Assembly: GCA_964411615.1 (NCBI GenBank)
Contig: CAYPLO010000008.1
Location: 1 to 33,262, forward strand
DNA length: 33,262 nucleotides
Origin: an uncultured Aquificales bacterium
GTDB taxonomy: Bacteria; Thermosulfidibacterota; Thermosulfidibacteria; Thermosulfidibacterales; Thermosulfidibacteraceae
Direction: 5' to 3'
Part shown: positions 9,461 to 16,125 of the stretch, one piece after another
How the letters are laid out: the number at the start of each line of letters is the position of its first letter
How positions within the stretch are numbered: position 1 is the first letter of the stretch
Translations under genes and position numbers: made by a program
Notes under the pieces: generated by a model
What the model was told of the DNA's origin: nothing
Database searches by the model: none
Seen by the model: the letters and a program-made list of their open reading frames with translations, nothing else

Positions 9461-10403
9461 GTCTCTCCCTCCTTTCAATCTCGTGGATTGTCTCTCCTCC
9501 AAAGAACCTTCCTATGTACCTGTGTCCCGACCTGCGGAACAGGTAACCGTTGCAAAGACCGGCCGGACAGAGCTCCGATATCTTATCTATCCACTCCGTC
9601 TCTATGTAATTATCTATCCCCTCCTCTATCTTCTCAAGGGCCCTTCTGTAGATGCCGGCGATGGTGTTTATATAGTTGGAGGTTTCTCTCAATCCCTGGA
9701 TGTGGAAGTGCCTGAAGCCTCTGTAGTAGAAGGTGCCGAGATACTCAAGCACGGACCAGTCCTTTCCCGACAGGGTTGCGAAGCCTATGTTCTTCAGCTT
9801 CCACTTTCCGGAGGAGAGCCAGATTCCCTCGCAAAGGCTCTGACAGGTGGGCTGGCTGTACTCTCTTATGAAGCAGCTTTCCGAGATGCCCAGGGGCAGT
9901 TTTCCGTGGGCAAATACCGCAACCTCTGCGGGGGAGTGCTCGTTTATGTACTGTATCTCTTCCATGGAGAGTTCGGGATTTAGAAATACCCTGACCACTC
10001 CAAACCTGGAGAGAACCTTCACGGTTTCGTGGGTGTATATGTTTGAGAAGAATCCCATGTGTATCTTCCTGAATCCCATCTCATGCACCTTCTTGAGAAG
10101 CCCCATATTGTGCACTTCTATTCCATCAATCTCCAGGTTCAGCACCTCTTCTAAAAGCGGAAGCAGTATTTTCAGATGCTTGTTTCTTGGGACGGCAAAT
10201 GTTGATAAGTATACCTTTTTTCCGAACTCTTTAGCGTAGAAGACCGCTTCTTTCAGATTCTCTATGTTGAGGGAGAGATTGGTGGGATACTCCATGCAGG
10301 TGGGGTCTCCAAGGTAGAGCCCGTCTATCAGGGATAGATTCAGTTCCTTTAACTTTTCAAGGGTTTCCACATGGGTGGTTATCTCAAAGCCCGTGCTTTG
10401 CAC
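9447..10403 (-). CDS. U32 family Fe-S protein B (UbiV-like)
   Basis: N-terminal LYLGDPTC, GKKVYLST, IEVHNMG, NIYT, LNPELS, HGKLPLGISESCF...TCQSLC. This is the UbiV-type Cys layout. GTG preceded by AGGAGG. Confidence 0.85.
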   Translation of the reverse strand: MQSTGFEITTHVETLEKLKELNLSLIDGLYLGDPTCMEYPTNLSLNIENLKEAVFYAKEFGKKVYLSTFAVPRNKHLKILLPLLEEVLNLEIDGIEVHNMGLLKKVHEMGFRKIHMGFFSNIYTHETVKVLSRFGVVRVFLNPELSMEEIQYINEHSPAEVAVFAHGKLPLGISESCFIREYSQPTCQSLCEGIWLSSGKWKLKNIGFATLSGKDWSVLEYLGTFYYRGFRHFHIQGLRETSNYINTIAGIYRRALEKIEEGIDNYIETEWIDKISELCPAGLCNGYLFRRSGHRYIGRFFGGETIHEIERRERHEAR

Positions 10404-11220
10404 CTCTTAAATCCTCCTGAATGTAGTTCACTATCTCCTTGAGGAGGCAGAAGGGCATCCCCCTCCCCCCTATCTTCAGGTGTTTTACCCCAATCTTCAC
10501 CAGCTCTAAGGGTGAATATAGTCTGTGGTTGGTTAGGGGTGCAAGGGAGAAGAAGCTCTCCCCCTTTGTGAACCACTCCTGGGCGCAGGGCCTGAAGCAG
10601 ATGCCGCTTCTCTTGGCGCTTCCCTCCCATATGAGGCATCTGGTTCCGCAGTTGGAGATTATCATATCAAAGAAGGAGCTGAGCCTGCATATACCCAGAT
10701 AGGTAGCTATGCACTTTATGCCGTGGACCATAACCTCAAGGGATACATCCCTTTCCCCGCACAGTCTGGATACCTCTTCTATCTCCTCTGTATGCAGGTT
10801 CGGTGATAGGACCACCCTCTTGACTCCTAAGTGGGCGTAGAACTCCACATCAAGCCAGTTCATTGAGGAGGTTCCGAGGCTTGCGTGGACCTCGTATCCT
10901 TCGGAGCTCAGATGGGATATTATTGAGGTGTCGGAGGCTATAACCGCATCGACTCCGGCTTCAAGGGCCTTTCTCAGGGTTCTCAGTGCCATACCCACCT
11001 CAAAGGGGGAGGGCATGAGGTTGAAGGACAGGTATATCCGCTTTTGGGCCCTGTGGACCTCCTCAACGGCCAATTTTAGCTCTTTCAGGTTGAACTCGTT
11101 GCCCCTGTTGGCCCTGGACCAACCCGCTATCCCCACATACACGGCGTCTACAGGAAGCGACAGCACATTCTCAAGGTCCCTGTAAGAGGCGCAGGGGACT
11201 ATGAGCTCTATTTCCGCCAT
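10384..11220 (-). CDS. U32 family Fe-S protein A (UbiU-like)
   Basis: ELIVP, VDAVYVG, GVDAVIASD, VHAS, EVMVHGIKC...GICRLSS...SAKRSGICFRPC, GVKHLKIGGR. Start moved to ATG 11220. Confidence 0.88.
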   Translation of the reverse strand: MAEIELIVPCASYRDLENVLSLPVDAVYVGIAGWSRANRGNEFNLKELKLAVEEVHRAQKRIYLSFNLMPSPFEVGMALRTLRKALEAGVDAVIASDTSIISHLSSEGYEVHASLGTSSMNWLDVEFYAHLGVKRVVLSPNLHTEEIEEVSRLCGERDVSLEVMVHGIKCIATYLGICRLSSFFDMIISNCGTRCLIWEGSAKRSGICFRPCAQEWFTKGESFFSLAPLTNHRLYSPLELVKIGVKHLKIGGRGMPFCLLKEIVNYIQEDLRGAKHGL

Positions 11221-11349
11221 TTTGAACCCCCGTTTGAGGGAAATACGGAATTTCCGAATGAAAGTCAAGCTGAAATTATTGACTAATGGCAAATTTTATG
11301 GCTTTACTCTGAACTGGAAGTTTAAAATCAAAGCGTTGGGAGGGTAGCC
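11221..11349. promoter_or_regulatory. Divergent promoter region with back-to-back TTGACT -35 boxes and a palindromic operator candidate
   Basis: AGTCAA (11263-11268)-N10-TTGACT (11279-11284). Leftward TTGACT-17-TATTTC; rightward TTGACT-18-TTTACT. Palindrome CGGAA-T-TTCCG at 11246-11256. Confidence 0.55.
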
Positions 11350-13035
11350 ATGGGAAAGATACCTGAGAATTATCTGCCTCCGAGGGATATGTGGCCCAAC
11401 TACACCTATCCCGATGAGCTAAAACCCTTTTTAAAAGAGCCCACGAATCTGGCGGATGTCTTACTGGACAGGCACATAAGGGCCGGTCTTGAGAACCAGC
11501 CTGCTATTCACTGCGGTGGCAGGACCGTCACCTACGGCGAAGTCTACGAGATGGCCAACAGGCTGGCCAACGCTCTCATTGACCTTGGCCTTGAGAAGCA
11601 GGACAGGGTTGCGCTGAGGGTGGTGAACTCCATAGAGGCCATTGTGGCCAACTTTGCCCTTCAGAAGATAGGAGCCATACCTGTTCCCACAAGTCCCCTC
11701 TGGTCCAAAGACGAGATAGCCTATGTCTTCAACAATGCGGAGGCCAAGTTCGCCTTTGTGAGCTATCCCCTCTTGGGTGAGGCTGCCAAGGCCAAGGATG
11801 CCCTTCAGCACACCAAGAACTTCATCGTCATAGGCGGTCCAAAGGATGAGGTTAAGAGCGCCGGATACCTCTACTTCCAGGAGCTTGTGGAGAAGGGGAG
11901 CGATTCGAGGGTCTGTGAGGATGTCTCCCTGGACGACATAGGGGTGATTCTCTACACTTCCGGTACCACCGGTTTCCCCAAAGGTGTTGCCCACTTCGTT
12001 AAGGAGATAATCTCCTCTGCCTATCTGGTGAACAAGTACGTGTGGCGTCTGGTGGTTGGAGATGTGCTGGGTGGCTCTGCCCCTGTCTCCTTCGCGGCGG
12101 GATACGGTACCTTTGCCATAATACCCTGGTTCGGTGGGGCCACCATCTCCATGATGGGCAAGTTTACCCCCGAGGGGCTTATGGAGCTTGTGGAGAAGAC
12201 CAGGGTTACTGTGCTTACGGGACTTCCCACTGCCTACAGGAGGCTATTGCAGTTTGAGGACTTTGACAAGTACGACATAAGCTCCCTCAGGATGTGCACA
12301 AGCGGAGGAGATGCCCTCGGTGTTGAGACCTACAAGGCCTGGATGGATAAGACCGGTCTTCCCATATACGAGGGGCTTGGAGCCACCGAGATGGTGCACC
12401 TGATTACGTCAAATGCGGTGAACATGAAGCCCAAGCCTGGTTCTATCGGTATACCCATTCCCGGCTACGACATAAAGGTTATCAATGATAACGGTGATGA
12501 GTGCAAGCCAGGAGAGATAGGCAAACTCACAGTTGTTGGGCCCACAGGTCCCCTTTACTGGAGGCCCTACGAGGACAACAACAGGCTCTTTGAGGAGCAG
12601 AAGAAGGCGGTGCAGAATGGCCGTATCAGGCTCGGTGATGCGGTCTATATGGATGAGGATGGCTACATCTTCTTCGTCTCCAGAGAGTCGGATATGATAA
12701 AGAGCTCCGGTTACAGGATAGGCCCCGGTGAGGTGGAAGAGGCCCTTAAGAAGCATCCGGCGGTAAAAGATGCCGGGGTTATAGGCTCCCCCGACCCTGT
12801 CCGTGGAGAGATAGTGAAGGCGTATATCATTCTCAAGGAGGGCTACAGCCCGTCGGAGGAGCTTGCAAAGGAGATTGTGGAGTCCTGTAAGGAGTACATA
12901 GCCATATACAAACTGCCCAGGGCCGTATGCTTCTGCGACCAGTTGCCTGTGACCCCCACCGGTAAGCTGCTGAGGAGAATCCTCAAGCAGTGGGATAAGG
13001 AGAACAAGTACTCCACCATAGTCATCTCCAAGTAG
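11350..13035 (+). CDS. AMP-forming aryl/acyl-CoA ligase, 2-aminobenzoate/benzoate-CoA ligase-like
   Basis: YTSGTTGFPKG P-loop, GSAPVSFAAGYG, EGLGATEMVH, GD...DEDGY, DMIKSSGYRI, PVTPTGK. N-terminal LPPRDMWP extension as I recall it for 2-aminobenzoate-CoA ligases. Substrate is inferred. Confidence 0.85.
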   Translation: MGKIPENYLPPRDMWPNYTYPDELKPFLKEPTNLADVLLDRHIRAGLENQPAIHCGGRTVTYGEVYEMANRLANALIDLGLEKQDRVALRVVNSIEAIVANFALQKIGAIPVPTSPLWSKDEIAYVFNNAEAKFAFVSYPLLGEAAKAKDALQHTKNFIVIGGPKDEVKSAGYLYFQELVEKGSDSRVCEDVSLDDIGVILYTSGTTGFPKGVAHFVKEIISSAYLVNKYVWRLVVGDVLGGSAPVSFAAGYGTFAIIPWFGGATISMMGKFTPEGLMELVEKTRVTVLTGLPTAYRRLLQFEDFDKYDISSLRMCTSGGDALGVETYKAWMDKTGLPIYEGLGATEMVHLITSNAVNMKPKPGSIGIPIPGYDIKVINDNGDECKPGEIGKLTVVGPTGPLYWRPYEDNNRLFEEQKKAVQNGRIRLGDAVYMDEDGYIFFVSRESDMIKSSGYRIGPGEVEEALKKHPAVKDAGVIGSPDPVRGEIVKAYIILKEGYSPSEELAKEIVESCKEYIAIYKLPRAVCFCDQLPVTPTGKLLRRILKQWDKENKYSTIVISK

Positions 13036-13058
13036 GATTGATTGGAGAATCCCTTTGT

Positions 13059-13084
13059 AGGGCCTGGATTTTCCAGGCCCTTTC
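13059..13084 (+). terminator. Intrinsic terminator after the CoA ligase
   Basis: AGGGCCTGGA-ttt-TCCAGGCCCT, 10-bp stem followed by a pyrimidine run. Confidence 0.75.
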
Positions 13085-13099
13085 TCCTATCTAATTGCC

Positions 13100-13975
13100 A
13101 TGCTGAAGCCTGCTCGTTATGTTGAACTGGGGGAGGGTGCCCTTAGGTGCAGGGCCTGCCTGTTCCAGTGCTTTTTGATGCCCGGTGAGAAGGGCAAGTG
13201 CGGTGTAAGGGCCAACATAGGTGGTGAGATACATCTCACCACCTACGGGCTTCTCTCCGAGGTGAAGGCTCTGTCTTGGAGCTTCCTTCCCGTATGCAGT
13301 GTGAAGCTCAGGTGGCTCTTCGTGGGGGTTGTGGGATGTAACCTTCGCTGTATGTGCTGTTGCTGTTCCGAGTTTGCCTTTGACGCCCCCTATCCCCTTC
13401 ACAGGTGTGTGCATCTTTACCCTGAGGAGCTGGTTGAGAGGGCCATCTCATCGGAGTGTCAGGGGCTCTACTTTGACTGTGGGGAGCCCTTCTGCTCCGT
13501 TGAGTACCTTGAGGATGTGGCCCATATGGCAAAATCCAGAGGGTTGAAGGTGGCTGTCCATACCAACGCCACCTTCTCCCTACAGGTTATAGACAGGGTT
13601 GCAGGTCTTCTGGACCTTATGGTGGTGGACATCAAGGCCTACTCTGAGGCTGTCTTTAAAAGTATAACCGGGAGCTACTCCGCCCGGAAGGTGCTTGAGG
13701 CTGTGGAGTACGCTTACGGTAAGGGTGTTCCTTTAGAGATTGTCACACCTGTGGTATTCGGCGTTAACGACGGCGTATTTGAGGTGAGGTCCATAGCCAG
13801 GTGGATCTCTCAGAGGCTGTCTCCCCATGTGCCCTGGCATCTCGTTCCCTGGTTAAGGGATTCCAAGACCCTCTCTTTAACTGCTTCTGAAAAGCTGATA
13901 AGTATTATGGATGTGGGAGTGGAGGAGGGGTTGAGGCGGGTTATAATACATCAGGGAGGTATCCTTAATGGCTGA
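13100..13975 (+). CDS. Divergent radical SAM protein of the AmmeMemoRadiSam (AmrS)/PflX-like family
   Basis: N-terminal CxxCxxxC...[17 protein letters not shown] radical SAM motif, GEP, HTNA, VDIKA, LEIVT, PWHL. Confidence 0.75.
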   Translation: MLKPARYVELGEGALRCRACLFQCFLMPGEKGKCGVRANIGGEIHLTTYGLLSEVKALSWSFLPVCSVKLRWLFVGVVGCNLRCMCCCCSEFAFDAPYPLHRCVHLYPEELVERAISSECQGLYFDCGEPFCSVEYLEDVAHMAKSRGLKVAVHTNATFSLQVIDRVAGLLDLMVVDIKAYSEAVFKSITGSYSARKVLEAVEYAYGKGVPLEIVTPVVFGVNDGVFEVRSIARWISQRLSPHVPWHLVPWLRDSKTLSLTASEKLISIMDVGVEEGLRRVIIHQGGILNG

Positions 13976-14993
13976 TGAGAGGGAGAAGGCACTGGAGCAG
14001 GCCATACTCCAGATAGAGAAGCAGTTCGGTAAAGGCTCCATAATGAGGCTGGGGGATGGCAGGGTTCTGCTTGATGTGAAGGTTATACCCACGGGGGCTC
14101 TGACCCTTGATATAGCCCTTGGGGTTGGGGGTATACCCAAGGGGAGGATAACGGAGATTTTCGGTCTTGAGGCCAGCGGTAAGACCACTTTGGCCCTGTC
14201 TATAGTGGCTCAGGCCCAGAAGGCGGGCGGTGTTGCCGCTTTTATAGACGCCGAGCACGCCCTTGACCCTGTGTATGCCCAGAGGATAGGGGTCGACACG
14301 GAGAACCTCCTCATCTCCCAGCCCGACACGGGTGAGCAGGCCCTTGAGGTGGCGGAGACATTGGTCAGGAGCGGTGCCGTTGACGTTATCGTTGTGGACT
14401 CGGTGGCCGCGCTTGTCCCCAAGGCGGAGCTTGAGGGGGATATGGGGGATACACATGTGGGGCTTCAGGCGAGACTCATGTCTCAGGCCCTGAGGAAGCT
14501 CACGGGGGTGGTTAGTAAGTCCAACACGGCACTGATATTCATAAACCAGGTGAGAAAGACCATAGGTCCCTCCTTCTTCGGTGGAGGAGGGGACACCACA
14601 ACGGGGGGTATGGCCCTGAAGTTCTATGCCTCTGTGAGGCTTGACATAAGGAAGATAGCCACCCTTAAGGACCGCTCCGGCCAGTCCTACGGTATAAGGT
14701 CAAAGGTTAAGGTGGTTAAGAATAAGCTTGCTCCCCCCTTTAAGGATGCCGAGTTTGATATTGTGTACAACGAGGGGATATCCCACGAGGGCTGCCTGAT
14801 GGACCTGGGGCTTGCCTACGGTCTCATATCCAAAAGTGGTTCCTGGTTCTCCTATGGGGATGTGAGGCTGGGGCAGGGCAGGGAGAATGCGGTTCAGTAT
14901 CTGAAGGAGCATCCCGAGGTGGCCGTGGAGCTTGAGCGGCGCATAAGGGAGAGGGCTGGGCTGCCTATTGAGGAGGAGAAGGTTGAATCTTGA
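13968..14993 (+). CDS. recA: Recombinase RecA
   Basis: [75 protein letters not shown]. Confidence 0.98.
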   Translation: MADEREKALEQAILQIEKQFGKGSIMRLGDGRVLLDVKVIPTGALTLDIALGVGGIPKGRITEIFGLEASGKTTLALSIVAQAQKAGGVAAFIDAEHALDPVYAQRIGVDTENLLISQPDTGEQALEVAETLVRSGAVDVIVVDSVAALVPKAELEGDMGDTHVGLQARLMSQALRKLTGVVSKSNTALIFINQVRKTIGPSFFGGGGDTTTGGMALKFYASVRLDIRKIATLKDRSGQSYGIRSKVKVVKNKLAPPFKDAEFDIVYNEGISHEGCLMDLGLAYGLISKSGSWFSYGDVRLGQGRENAVQYLKEHPEVAVELERRIRERAGLPIEEEKVES

Positions 14994-16113
14994 GAGATTC
15001 AGCGAATTGGCGAAAAGGGCTGTGGAGAGCAGGGCTTCAGATATTCATCTCAGGGTGGGTTCCGTCCCCCTTCTCAGGATTGATGGTGAGCTGGTGAGGC
15101 AGGAGGATTTCGGCGTAATATCCAAAGAGGGGATGGAGTCCTTCGTTGCCGAGATTCTCCCTCAGAAGAAGAGGGGGGACCTGGAGACCAACGGTTCTGC
15201 CGACTTTGCCCTTGGCCTTTCAGGTATAGGGAGGTTCAGGGTTAATCTGTTCCTTCAGAGGGGAACCTATGCCATTGTGATGAGACTGGTTCCCTACGAT
15301 GTTCCCGATTTTGAGGAGCTGAATCTACCCCCTGTGATAAAGAGTATAGCTGAAAAGGAACGTAGGGGGCTTGTGCTCGTAACGGGTATAACGGGGTCCG
15401 GTAAGTCCACCACCCTTGCAGCTATGATTAAGTATATAGCCACCCACAGGGCTGTGAATATAATCACCATAGAGGACCCCATAGAGTACCTCATATCCGA
15501 TGCCAAGGGGATAGTTTCCCAAAGGGAGCTGGGCACCGACTTCTTTGACTTCGCCCAGGCCCTGAAGGCGGCTCTGAGGCAGGACCCCGATGTGATAATG
15601 GTTGGTGAGATGAGGGACCTTGAGACTATAAGAACGGCCCTTCTGGCCGCTGAGACGGGCCATCTGGTCTTCTCAACCCTGCACACCCTTGATGCTCCTG
15701 AGACCATAAACAGAATCATAGCGGCTTACCCTCCCCATGAGCAGGAGGGGGTAAGATTACAGCTTGCCTCTGTCTTGAGGGCCACCATATCCCAGAGGCT
15801 CATACCCAAGGTGGGTGGTGGCAGGGTACCGGCCTGTGAGGTGATGATAAACACCCCCGCCATAAAGGAGTGCATACTCAACCCTGAGAAGTTTGACGAG
15901 ATGAAGGCCCTCATAGAGAAGGGGAAGGAGGCTTACGGAACCCAGACCTTTGACCAGTCCCTGTACGACCTGTACAAGGCCGGCCTCATAACCTACGAGG
16001 ATGCCCTGGCCAACGCCACCAACAGAGACGACTTTGAGCTGAGGGTTAAGGGCATAATGAGCACCGCTGATATGGTTGGGGGTGACCAGATAGAGGGAAT
16101 AACCAAGTATTAG
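14983..16113 (+). CDS. pilT: PilT/PilU-family type IV pilus retraction ATPase
   Basis: [74 protein letters not shown] 14983 follows GAGGAG. Confidence 0.9.
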   Translation: MNLERFSELAKRAVESRASDIHLRVGSVPLLRIDGELVRQEDFGVISKEGMESFVAEILPQKKRGDLETNGSADFALGLSGIGRFRVNLFLQRGTYAIVMRLVPYDVPDFEELNLPPVIKSIAEKERRGLVLVTGITGSGKSTTLAAMIKYIATHRAVNIITIEDPIEYLISDAKGIVSQRELGTDFFDFAQALKAALRQDPDVIMVGEMRDLETIRTALLAAETGHLVFSTLHTLDAPETINRIIAAYPPHEQEGVRLQLASVLRATISQRLIPKVGGGRVPACEVMINTPAIKECILNPEKFDEMKALIEKGKEAYGTQTFDQSLYDLYKAGLITYEDALANATNRDDFELRVKGIMSTADMVGGDQIEGITKY

Positions 16114-16125
16114 TGGGGTGGGTGC

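Noticed and set aside
8501..11220. U32 genes as collagenases/proteases
   Set aside because: No signal peptides, and the Fe-S-type Cys motifs are conserved. Characterised relatives are hydroxylation factors.
8501..11220. Canonical anaerobic ubiquinone operon (ubiTUV)
   Set aside because: No ubiT/SCP2 or other ubi gene nearby, there are three genes rather than two, and motifs diverge. Gene symbols were withheld.
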